Source: Planctomycetota bacterium (lineage in GTDB: Bacteria; Planctomycetota; UBA1135; UBA2386). Taken from it: a DNA stretch of 33,902 bases. The notes under the pieces are model-generated. The model saw only the letters and a list, made by a program, of their open reading frames with translations. It was not told the DNA's origin and ran no database searches. The stretch covers positions 1 to 33,902 of the forward strand of contig DAIMFJ010000001.1 of the NCBI GenBank assembly GCA_036724695.1. The letters run 5' to 3'. This document shows, in pieces, positions 9,868 through 17,790 of this stretch. The position numbers and the translations under genes were made by a program. How positions within the stretch are numbered: position 1 is the stretch's first letter; every line of letters starts with the position of its first letter.

Positions 9868-9941
9868 TCGGGCCCGGGGCGTGGCCCCCGGCAACGGACG
9901 GCTACGCGGCCGGCTGCCGCGCCGCGCGTTACTACTAACGT

Positions 9942-9966
9942 CGGCCGCGGCTCTGGGCCGCGGCCG
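9942..9966 (-). terminator. All-GC 10-bp hairpin just after the beta-helix gene stop; candidate attenuator or partial terminator inside the operon
   Basis: CGGCCGCGGC-tctgg-GCCGCGGCCG is a perfect inverted repeat lying 9 nt downstream of the stop at 9975-9977. On the mRNA strand it is followed by ACGUUAGUAGUAA, which is only weakly U-rich. Confidence 0.3.
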
Positions 9967-9974
9967 GCGGCAGC

Positions 9975-11879
9975 TCACGGCAGGATCTTGGTGACCGCGT
10001 TGGTCGCGGCGATGCCACCCGGGGCGGCGTTGTCGAACACCAGCGCCTGCGCGTAGACCGGAATGCCCGAGAAGCCGTTCGGGAAGGTCAGGTTCTGCGA
10101 GCCGCTCAGCGTGCCGACGTAGCCGAACGTGTTGATGTTCGGGACCAGCGTGACCGCCGGGATGCCGATGCCGCCGAGGTTGAAGTCGGCGCGGGCGAAG
10201 CCGAAGCAGAACGCGTTGAAGCTGATCGCCGGCCCGTTGGCGATCGAGAACGTGGTCGGCTGGCCGGCCGCGGCCGTGCCGGCGACCTGCAGGACCGGCG
10301 CGCCACTGCCGCCGCGAGCCGAGGTGCCGAGGTCGGTCCAGTTGTCACCGCGGACCATGAAGCCGTAGGCGTCGGCAGCGGTCCAGCCGAGCGTCCAGTT
10401 GGTGGTCGGCGCGAACGCACCGCGGTAGCGGGCGGCGTCGAAGAACGAGTCGACCGCGTAGTTGGCCGAGACGAGCGCGTCGGCGGCCGGGCGCGGGTCG
10501 AGCGAGTTGACGTTGGCGACCGTGTTCGAGCCGCTGACGATCACCGCGGCGGCGCGACCCAGCGACTGGATCGGCATCGACGTGGCCTGCACGTTGTTGT
10601 TGCCGGCCGCGAACACGTTGTTGGCGTTGGCGGTCGTGTAGGCCTGGGCGTGCTGGTTGCGGTAGAAGACGTTGTCGGTGAACTCGATCAGGTTGCCCGA
10701 GGTCTGGGCCGTGTAGAACGCGGCCGGGTTCGCCGGGGCGTTGACCGTCGAGTAGGTGTTGTACGGGGTCGTCCACAGCGCGGCGAACGACAGCGTGCCG
10801 TTGTGGCCGTAGCCGAGGCCACCGTCACCGTCGACGTTGTCGTTGCGGATCACCTGCTCGCCGAGGTCCAGGAAGATCGAGTTGCGGACCTGCAGACGCG
10901 CGTTGTCGCGGAACGCGACGCCGTGGTCGCTGCCGCCAGCACCACCGGTGACCGGGGTCGTCGGCGCGCCGATGACGGTGAAGTTGTAGAGGGCCGCGGT
11001 CGTGACCGGCTGGTAGTCCGATTGCTCGGCGCCGTCGATCTCGATCGCGTTGTCGCCCCAGCCCGAGCCCTGGCTGCCCGGCACGCTGTAGCCCTGGACG
11101 ATCAGGCCGTATTGGGCCTTGCCGCGCCAGCCCTGGTCGACGTCGAAGCTGTCGTCGCCGATGTTCCAGATGCTGATGTTCTTCAGGTTGACCGTGCCAC
11201 CCCAGATCTCGATGCCGTCGTCGACATTGTTCATGATCTCGACGTGGTGGATGTCGGTGCCGCGGCCGATGCCGCCGAGCGACAGGCCGTTGAGCTCGTT
11301 GTTCAGCCCGATCACGCGGCCGCCGTAACGGAACGACACGTAGCTGAGCGTGCCGCTGTCGTCGTTGTCGTTGCCGCCGCCGTACAGGACCTTGGTGTCA
11401 CCGGGGAAGCCGGCGACCAGGCCTTCCATCGTGCCGACGTTGTTGGCGTTCGGGGTGGCGGTGTTGGTGTTGGGGTTCAGGTTCTCGCTGATGTACGCGG
11501 AACCCATGATCGTCAGGTTGCCCCACTCGTTGGCGGCGGCGCGCCAGGTGCCGGTCTTCGGGTCGTTGTTCGTCCAGGTCGCGACGTCGGCCTTCGAGGT
11601 GAAGATCACCGGCGCCTTCTCGGTGCCGTTGACGAAGATCTGCGCGCCGCGGGTCACCGCGAGGCTGCCACCGAGGCCGGTGTCGCTGGCGATGATGGTG
11701 CCCGCTTCGATGGTCAGCGTGGCGCCGGGCAGCACGTAGATCTGCTGCTGCAGGTTGTAGCGGTTGTTCGCCGTCCAGGTGGTCGACGTGGCGATGTTGC
11801 TCGTGACGAGCACTTCGGTCTGGGCGAGGGTCGCGCTGGTCAGCGCGGCGGTCGCCAGCAGGAGCTTGGTAGCGTTCAT
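9975..11879 (-). CDS. Secreted protein with a parallel beta-helix-like core, first gene of the receptor cluster; function unknown
   Basis: 634 aa with a signal peptide (MNATKLLLATAALTSATLAQ). Conserved blocks are NEWGNLTIMG, DDSGTLSYVSFRYGG, ELNGLSLGGIGRGTDIHHVEIMNNVDDGIEIWGGTVNLKN and DDSFDVDQGWRG. I recognise these from an uncharacterised family that I recall being found next to TonB-dependent receptors. There is a separate ~110-aa C-terminal domain. Confidence 0.8.
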   Translation of the reverse strand: MNATKLLLATAALTSATLAQTEVLVTSNIATSTTWTANNRYNLQQQIYVLPGATLTIEAGTIIASDTGLGGSLAVTRGAQIFVNGTEKAPVIFTSKADVATWTNNDPKTGTWRAAANEWGNLTIMGSAYISENLNPNTNTATPNANNVGTMEGLVAGFPGDTKVLYGGGNDNDDSGTLSYVSFRYGGRVIGLNNELNGLSLGGIGRGTDIHHVEIMNNVDDGIEIWGGTVNLKNISIWNIGDDSFDVDQGWRGKAQYGLIVQGYSVPGSQGSGWGDNAIEIDGAEQSDYQPVTTAALYNFTVIGAPTTPVTGGAGGSDHGVAFRDNARLQVRNSIFLDLGEQVIRNDNVDGDGGLGYGHNGTLSFAALWTTPYNTYSTVNAPANPAAFYTAQTSGNLIEFTDNVFYRNQHAQAYTTANANNVFAAGNNNVQATSMPIQSLGRAAAVIVSGSNTVANVNSLDPRPAADALVSANYAVDSFFDAARYRGAFAPTTNWTLGWTAADAYGFMVRGDNWTDLGTSARGGSGAPVLQVAGTAAAGQPTTFSIANGPAISFNAFCFGFARADFNLGGIGIPAVTLVPNINTFGYVGTLSGSQNLTFPNGFSGIPVYAQALVFDNAAPGGIAATNAVTKILP

Positions 11880-11936
11880 GTGTCTCTTGGCAGTTGGGTT
11901 GGTCCGGGAGGTTGACGGCCAAGAGAGTGACGCTGG

Positions 11937-11968
11937 TGTGTGCAGCGATCGTTAAGACTGTGTGCAGC
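11937..11968. promoter_or_regulatory. Perfect 10-nt direct repeat (TGTGTGCAGC x2, 22-nt period) in the leader or promoter region of the Ton/receptor operon
   Basis: Copies lie at 11937-11946 and 11959-11968, which is 58-89 nt upstream of the ATG at 11879. On the mRNA strand the sequence is GCTGCACACA-N12-GCTGCACACA. Confidence 0.25.
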
Positions 11969-12036
11969 TTCGGGGTCCGCCCGGCCAAGGAATGCGGTGC
12001 AGCGCAGCGTCACGCAACCGCTGGTGCGGTCGGGAG

Positions 12037-12068
12037 TTCGGCGCGGTTTGGCGCGATTCGGCGCGGTT
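12037..12068. repeat. Perfect 12-nt direct repeat TTCGGCGCGGTT x2 (20-nt period) abutting the stop of the AlkC-like gene
   Basis: Copies lie at 12037-12048 and 12057-12068. A third partial GGCGCG lies between them. Confidence 0.5.
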
Positions 12069-13198
12069 CAGCGCACGAAGGTGGGCGCGGCGACGGCGAC
12101 GGTTTTCCCGTTGGCGCGCAGTTCGAACCGGTGCACGCCCGGGTGATCGCGGCGCACGGTGGTCGGCCGCAGGCTGTGCTTCTTGGTCAGCGCGCGGCGT
12201 TCGCCGGCGGCGAGCTCGACGACCCAGCCCTTCCAGACCTTCGGACTGGTCGAACCGTCGGCGAGCACACGGTGCACGACGTAGTCGAGGACCAGACGCT
12301 GCGATCGTCGGCTGCGGGAGTGCAGCTCGACGTGCAGGGTGCAGTGGGCGCCGAGGCGCGGCCGCTGCGGATCGACCCGCAGCGTCGCGGTGCCGGCGAA
12401 CGGCTCGCCGACGCCGAATGCCGCAAGGGCGCCGGGATGACCGTCCTTGACCAAGGTGCGGGCAGCGCGCTGCAGCAACGCACGGCGCGGGGTGTTCGCG
12501 GTGGGCAGGTGGTCGCGCAGCCACGCGACGACGAGGTCGGGGTGGTCCTTGGCGATGTCGTTCAGGTGGTTGGCGACGCTGCGGCGCACGTACTCGCTCG
12601 GATCGTCCTGCAGTGCGCGCAGCAGCGGCAGGGTCGGCGACGGGTCGGCGACCAACGCGGTCAGCCGTTCGCCCCACGGCAGGCGCGGGCGTGAGCCTTC
12701 GCTGACGAGGCGCCGCACGTGCGGGCTCGGGTCGTCGCACCAGCGGGTCAGCTGGGCGAAGGTCAGGTCGGGGTGCAGGCGCAGGAACGGCCGGATCGCG
12801 AACTCGGCGGTGAAGCGCTGGGTCAGCGCGTGCAGGGCGGCGAGGGCGCGTGCGGGTTCGGCGAGGCCGCGGCGCGCGACGAACTCGGTCAGTGGCCAGA
12901 CCACCCAACCGGCGAGGCCGGCGTCGCTGGTCTGCAGCGCGGCGAGGTCGTCGTCGGCGGGTGCAGGGGCGAGGGCGCGTTCGAGCTGGTCGCAGGCGGC
13001 GGCGAAGTCCGGCGCCAGGCACTCGGCCAGCGCGTCGGCGACCTGCAGCACGCGGGCTTTCAGTTCGAGTTCGTCGAGCCCAGCGGCGGCGCGTCGCACG
13101 AACCGCGCGCGCGGAAACCGGCTGTCGACGCGTTCGAGGTGGGCGGCGAGCTGCTGCAACAACGCCCGATCGACCCTGTTCTTGAACGGCTCTGCCAT
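12068..13198 (-). CDS. DNA alkylation repair protein, HEAT-like repeat family (AlkC/AlkD/YhaZ-like) with a C-terminal beta-rich domain
   Basis: 376 aa. Family-typical segments include HVRRLVSEGSRPRLPWG, DDPSEYVRRSVANHLNDIAKDHPD and the tail HRFELRANGKTV. Confidence 0.7.
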   Translation of the reverse strand: MAEPFKNRVDRALLQQLAAHLERVDSRFPRARFVRRAAAGLDELELKARVLQVADALAECLAPDFAAACDQLERALAPAPADDDLAALQTSDAGLAGWVVWPLTEFVARRGLAEPARALAALHALTQRFTAEFAIRPFLRLHPDLTFAQLTRWCDDPSPHVRRLVSEGSRPRLPWGERLTALVADPSPTLPLLRALQDDPSEYVRRSVANHLNDIAKDHPDLVVAWLRDHLPTANTPRRALLQRAARTLVKDGHPGALAAFGVGEPFAGTATLRVDPQRPRLGAHCTLHVELHSRSRRSQRLVLDYVVHRVLADGSTSPKVWKGWVVELAAGERRALTKKHSLRPTTVRRDHPGVHRFELRANGKTVAVAAPTFVR

Positions 13199-13217
13199 AA
13201 GGACTTACGCCAACGCG

Positions 13218-13249
13218 TGCGCATACTGTACCGGGTGAGGTATGCGCAG
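13218..13249. repeat. REP-like palindromic element, copy 1 (TGCGCATAC-N13-GTATGCGCA, containing ACCGGGTGAGGTATGCGCAG)
   Basis: A 9-bp inverted repeat lies in the divergent intergenic region between 13198 and 13266. The 20-nt unit ACCGGGTGAGGWATGCGCAG recurs twice at 14872-14937. Confidence 0.6.
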
Positions 13250-13265
13250 GCGGTAGGATTTGGGG

Positions 13266-14855
13266 ATGCGCGGCATCGTGATGCGGTGGTGTTCGGCGGT
13301 GGCTCTGTCGGCGGCGCTGGCCTGCGGCCAGACGGCGGCGGTCGAGCGACCGGTTTTCGAGGTGACGACGGTTGGGCCGGCTGGCTGGCGGGCTCGGCTG
13401 GGGCCGACGAACGTCGGCTCGCTGCTGGCCAGCGCCACCGGGGAGCGGCTGTGGCAGCCGCTGGTCGCGTCGTTGCGCACGGTGCTGGCCGACAACGAAG
13501 CGGTCGACGCCGATCTGCTGGCGAAGTGGCGCGACTACCACGGGCAGGTGTGGCTCGCAGTCTGGTCGGATCCCTTCGACCGGACGTCACCTACCGTGGC
13601 GATCGTTCTGCATGGCGACGGCAAGAGCGACCTGGCCGCACTGGCCAAGGACACGGCGCGCGTGCTGGGTACCGACCTGCAGGCCCCGATGCGCCTCTGC
13701 GGCCCGGTGATGGGCGACGACCGCGTCGGCTTCTACCTGACGTCCGCCGCCGAGGTCGACGCGGCCCTGGTCACCTACCAGTCCTTTGCCGATCGGCCGC
13801 GCGCGCCGCTGCCGCCGCAGGCACCAGCCTTGTCTGCCTCGCTCGACCTGGCGCAGCTGGTGACGGCCGCGACCGAGCGCGCCGACGACCAGGACGGCAA
13901 CCGCGCGCTCGGCCTACCCAGCCTGCAGCGCCTCGGCCTGGCGATCGGCGCGGCAGGTCCGCAGGTGCACTTCCGCACCGACCTGCAGTTCGCCGACCAG
14001 CCGCTGGGCATCTTCGCCGGCATCTTCCCACCGGCAACGCAACAACCCAACCTGCTGCACCTGGTGCCAGACGACGCGCGGCTGTGGCGCGCGACCCGCT
14101 TCGACCTGGCCACCGTCGCCAAGGCCGGACTCGACGCCTTTGCCGCGTACGAAGGCGTGCCGCCTGCCGAACTCCGCACGCGAGTGCGCGACGACCTCGG
14201 CTTCGACCTCGAGCAGGACCTGCTGGCCCACCTCGGCGACGAAGTCTTGTTCGCCATCGTGCCCGAAGCCGACGCCAGCGACGACGACGAATGGCAAGCC
14301 GATCGCGTCAACTGGACCCTCGGCTGGCGCCTGCGCGACGCCACCGCCTTCGCCGCGGGCTGGCAGAAGCTGCTCGACAGCGCCGGGCCGAACGTCACCA
14401 ACGCCGCCACCATCGACGTCGACGGAGCGCAGGCCCATCGCTGCGGCACCATCTTCCTCTACGACATCTGGTGGTCGACCGCCCACGGCATGCTGACCCT
14501 CGCCGGTGGCCGCGACGCCGAAGCCCTGATCACCCAACAGCTGACCCGCCTGAAGCAACCGCCCCCCGCGGCCCCCAAGCCGCCGCCCGCGTTCGCGAAC
14601 CTGCAACGCCACCTGCCACCCGGCACCTACGGCCTGGGCAGCAGCAACCTCTACTGGCTCGGGCTGGCCCCGGCCGGCCTGTTCGGCCTGCTCGCCGACG
14701 ACCTGCTGCTCCTGGGCCCCGCCCGCCACCTGTTCGACGACCCCGAACTCGACCGCGACACCCTGCTCGACCTCCTGCAGGTCCACCACCTCGACCGCAC
14801 CCACCTCGCCGTCGCCCGCCTCGCCAACACCTTCTCCTATCACCTTTTCTGGTAA
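13266..14855 (+). CDS. Secreted hypothetical protein
   Basis: ORF 13260-14855; I prefer ATG 13266, with AGGA 9 nt upstream. It has a signal peptide (MRGIVMRWCSAVALSAALACGQ) and strong G/C3 bias throughout. No motif was recognised. Confidence 0.7.
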   Translation: MRGIVMRWCSAVALSAALACGQTAAVERPVFEVTTVGPAGWRARLGPTNVGSLLASATGERLWQPLVASLRTVLADNEAVDADLLAKWRDYHGQVWLAVWSDPFDRTSPTVAIVLHGDGKSDLAALAKDTARVLGTDLQAPMRLCGPVMGDDRVGFYLTSAAEVDAALVTYQSFADRPRAPLPPQAPALSASLDLAQLVTAATERADDQDGNRALGLPSLQRLGLAIGAAGPQVHFRTDLQFADQPLGIFAGIFPPATQQPNLLHLVPDDARLWRATRFDLATVAKAGLDAFAAYEGVPPAELRTRVRDDLGFDLEQDLLAHLGDEVLFAIVPEADASDDDEWQADRVNWTLGWRLRDATAFAAGWQKLLDSAGPNVTNAATIDVDGAQAHRCGTIFLYDIWWSTAHGMLTLAGGRDAEALITQQLTRLKQPPPAAPKPPPAFANLQRHLPPGTYGLGSSNLYWLGLAPAGLFGLLADDLLLLGPARHLFDDPELDRDTLLDLLQVHHLDRTHLAVARLANTFSYHLFW

Positions 14856-14871
14856 CCACTTCCACCGCCCC

Positions 14872-14937
14872 CTGCGCATACCTCACCCGGTCCCGAATGC
14901 GCACGTGAGCATTTGGGACCGGGTGAGGAATGCGCAG
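14872..14937. repeat. REP-like element, copies 2 and 3, forming a 23-bp imperfect hairpin between convergent genes; possible bidirectional terminator
   Basis: CTGCGCATACCTCACCCGGTCCC (14872-14894) pairs with GGGACCGGGTGAGGAATGCGCAG (14915-14937) with one mismatch. The 20-nt loop itself contains AATGC...GCATT. Confidence 0.6.
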
Positions 14938-14948
14938 ACCGGGGGGGG

Positions 14949-15623
14949 TCAACGCGTGCTGGAGCGGCGGTAGACCATCAGGCGGCCGCGGAAGGCGGCG
15001 CGGTCGGCGTTGGCCGTGGCGTCGCACCGTTCTTCTTCCCTGGCGAACCCCTGGCCATGCATGTGGCGATGGAAGGCGCTGCGGTTGCCGCGGTCGGGAT
15101 CGACGATCCAGACCTCGGCGTCGGCCGCCGCGTGGCGAGCCAGGAACTGCGCCAGCGTGCCGCGCGCGTCGGGCTCGTAGAGCAGGTCGCTGCCGATCAC
15201 CAGATCGAACGGCTGCCCCACCTGGCGGGCCACTTCGGCCCACGGTCCGTGCCGGTAGCGCAGCGGCGCCATGCCGTTGAGGCGCACGTTCTCGCGCAGG
15301 AAGGCCGCCGCCAGGGGGTGCACATCGCACGCCGTCACGTCGGCGCCGCGGCGATGCCCGACCATGCTCGCCAGCGCGAGCCCGCAGCCGACCTCGAGGA
15401 TGCGCTCGCCAGCCCGCACCGGCCGCCGCGCCATGCGATCGGCGAGCTGCAGCCCGGACGGCCACACCAGCCCGAACAGCGGCCAATTGGCCGGCGAGAT
15501 GCCGCGCGCCGCCGCCAGGCCGTTCGGGTCGCAGAACTGCTGGTCGTCGAGCAGCGAACGCACGACCAGGTCGTCGACGCCGAGGATCGGAATGCGCTGC
15601 TGTTTGGTCGCGTACTGGGTCAT
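14949..15623 (-). CDS. Class I SAM-dependent methyltransferase (protein-lysine methyltransferase-like)
   Basis: 224 aa. It has SAM motif I (ILEVGCGLALASM) and a post-I acidic residue (VTACDV), then DLVIGSDLLY, typical of the Methyltransf_16-like group. Confidence 0.8.
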   Translation of the reverse strand: MTQYATKQQRIPILGVDDLVVRSLLDDQQFCDPNGLAAARGISPANWPLFGLVWPSGLQLADRMARRPVRAGERILEVGCGLALASMVGHRRGADVTACDVHPLAAAFLRENVRLNGMAPLRYRHGPWAEVARQVGQPFDLVIGSDLLYEPDARGTLAQFLARHAAADAEVWIVDPDRGNRSAFHRHMHGQGFAREEERCDATANADRAAFRGRLMVYRRSSTR

Positions 15624-15742
15624 CGCAGGAGCGAAGCCCAGGGGGGCGACTTCGTAGCCGTCCGACGCACGCTACGCCAACCGCGACCGGGCGAAGCCAA
15701 CCATCTGCGCCGATTCCACCACTGGCTCCGCCACCCAGCGGC

Positions 15743-17692
15743 TCACCGCCCAGCCGCCGCGCCGGGCAACGCGGCGAAGAACGCCCAGATCGCCGCAGTC
15801 GCATCCCACGGGAACGGCTGGTCGGCGCGCCGCGTGGTCCGCTCGGCCGCCCCCGGCCACGCATGCCCGCCACCCTCCAGCTGCACGACGCGCACCGGCG
15901 CCCCGCCGCCCGCCGCGGGCGCGTACTCGTCGACGACCACCTGGCCCTCGACGCTGCGCTTGGCCTCGGCCGCGCAACCGTTGCGCCGCACGTAGTAGTC
16001 GATCGCCGCCTGCAACGACGCGTCCAGGCGATCCCCAGCCTTGCCGATCGCGACCTCCGGAACGCCCCCCTCGATGCGCACGTGCCGATCCGCGGTACCG
16101 TGGATCAGCAAAGCTGCGATCGGCGTCGCCGCCTCGACCGCGGTGAAGTTCATCGCTCCCGCCACCGCCGCGAACCCCGCGAACACGTCCGCCGCCTCGC
16201 GCGCCAGCCGGTGGCACAGCATCGCCCCGTTGCTGTGCCCGACCGCGAACACACGCTGCGGATCGATCGCCGTGCGCCGCTGCACCGTGCGCACCACCTC
16301 GCGCAGGAATCCGACGTCGTCGACGCCCTGTTCGCTCGCGTAGACCTTGATGCCCCCGGCGTTCCAGGTCAGCAGCCGCCCGCGCAGCGGCCCGGTCCCG
16401 TCCGGAAACGCCACCACGAACCCCTCCCGCGCCGCCAGCTCCGCGAACCGCGTCGTCGCCGCGACCTGCTCGCCGTTGCCACCACCACCGTGCAGCACGA
16501 CGACCAACGCCGCACCGACCCCCTGCGGCCCCAGCTGCGGCTTCGCCGGCACGAACAGCGAGAACCGCCGCGTGCGGCCACCGTGCTCGAGCTCGACCAC
16601 CACCGATTCGCCAGCCTGTGCTGGCCCCTGCAGCACCTCACGCACGACCGCCTGCACCGTCTCCAACCGCGGCAGCACGCGCGTCGCCCGGTCGCGGATC
16701 GCCAGCACCCCGCCGATGCCCAGATCGAGGTCCAACCACGGCGTGAACCCGAACGCGCCCGGATCGCACGCGCGCAGCCACGTGCCTTCCGGCCGCACCA
16801 ACCACGAACCGAACCCATAGCGCACGCCCGCGAACGCCTCGCCGTAGTCGTTCGGCGTGCGCACCAGGACCGGCTCGGGCACCTGATCGCGCAGCAACGC
16901 CGCCACCGATTCGCGCGTCAACACCCGCCGCCCGCCGAACTCCCCCTCGGCGAGCAACATCTGCACGAACCTCGTGTAGTCCGCCAACGTCGACACCGCC
17001 GCCCCGGCGACCCCCGGCAACTTCGTCGTGCCCGGATCCGCCCCGAACGGCAGCATCGCCGCGAACTTCGTCGCCGCCATGCCCAGCGGCCCGCCGACGC
17101 GTTCGGCGAACAGCGTGTGCCAGTCCTTGCCGGTCACCCGCTCCGCCGCGATGGCCGCGATCTGGAACGTCACGCCGCCATACCGGAACGCCGTGCCCGG
17201 GGCATCGCGCAGCGACGCATCCGCCGCCACCGCCGCGAACTTCGCATTGTCCCAGTCGCGCTGGTTGCCCGGCAGCCGGCTCGGCCACCCGGCACTGCAC
17301 GACAGGCACTGCCGCAGCGTCACCGCCCGCTTGTCCGGGCGATCGAGTTCGACCACGTAGCGGCCGATCGGCGCATCGAGGTCGAGCAAGCCCTCGTCGA
17401 CGACCGCCAGCACGGTCGCCACCGCCAGCCACTTGCTCGCCGACGCGATCGGCATCGGCTCGTCGGCCAGCAGCCCGCGGTGCAGGCTCTGGTGCACGAC
17501 CTCCTGGCCACGCAACACGACCAACCCGGCCGGCGCGCGCCCGAGCCCGTCGAGCATCGTGTCGACGGCGGCGGCGATCGCCTCGACGCGCGGCGGCTCG
17601 ACCGGCGCACCCGGCGCGACCGGCCGCCCTGGCTCTTGTGCCAGCACCACCGCACCCAGCACCCCCGCGACGAAAATCGACCTGCGCAGCAT
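15743..17692 (-). CDS. Fusion protein: beta-lactamase-fold serine hydrolase (N-terminal) plus PHB-depolymerase/LpqC-type alpha/beta esterase (C-terminal)
   Basis: ORF 15743-17968, trimmed to ATG 17692 (AAGGA 7 nt upstream; MLRRSIFVAGVLGAVVLAQ signal peptide). The N-terminal half has the S-x-x-K motif (IASASKW). The C-terminal half has LVVVLHGGGGNG, DDVGFLREVV and the nucleophile elbow GHSNGAM. Confidence 0.8.
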   Translation of the reverse strand: MLRRSIFVAGVLGAVVLAQEPGRPVAPGAPVEPPRVEAIAAAVDTMLDGLGRAPAGLVVLRGQEVVHQSLHRGLLADEPMPIASASKWLAVATVLAVVDEGLLDLDAPIGRYVVELDRPDKRAVTLRQCLSCSAGWPSRLPGNQRDWDNAKFAAVAADASLRDAPGTAFRYGGVTFQIAAIAAERVTGKDWHTLFAERVGGPLGMAATKFAAMLPFGADPGTTKLPGVAGAAVSTLADYTRFVQMLLAEGEFGGRRVLTRESVAALLRDQVPEPVLVRTPNDYGEAFAGVRYGFGSWLVRPEGTWLRACDPGAFGFTPWLDLDLGIGGVLAIRDRATRVLPRLETVQAVVREVLQGPAQAGESVVVELEHGGRTRRFSLFVPAKPQLGPQGVGAALVVVLHGGGGNGEQVAATTRFAELAAREGFVVAFPDGTGPLRGRLLTWNAGGIKVYASEQGVDDVGFLREVVRTVQRRTAIDPQRVFAVGHSNGAMLCHRLAREAADVFAGFAAVAGAMNFTAVEAATPIAALLIHGTADRHVRIEGGVPEVAIGKAGDRLDASLQAAIDYYVRRNGCAAEAKRSVEGQVVVDEYAPAAGGGAPVRVVQLEGGGHAWPGAAERTTRRADQPFPWDATAAIWAFFAALPGAAAGR

Positions 17693-17790
17693 GGTTGTTC
17701 CTTTCGGCATTCCGCCGGCGAGCCCCTGTAACGCCACCCCGGGCCGTCCGCCCACCTGCGGTCCGACCGCCGTCCCACTACGGTACCCCG

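Noticed and set aside
11880-12067. Possible riboswitch (for example cobalamin) in the leader of the TonB-dependent operon
   Set aside because: An AAGGAATGCGGTGCA-like string is on the wrong strand for the operon. On the mRNA strand I found no B12 box or other riboswitch core that I could recognise. Only the direct repeats are reported.
11952-14908. Overlapping 529-aa (minus strand) and 729-aa (plus strand) ORFs that are extremely rich in R/P/A
   Set aside because: They are off-frame readings of the AlkC-like and secreted-protein genes. Their proline/arginine-rich translations are the classic product of GC-rich out-of-frame sequence.
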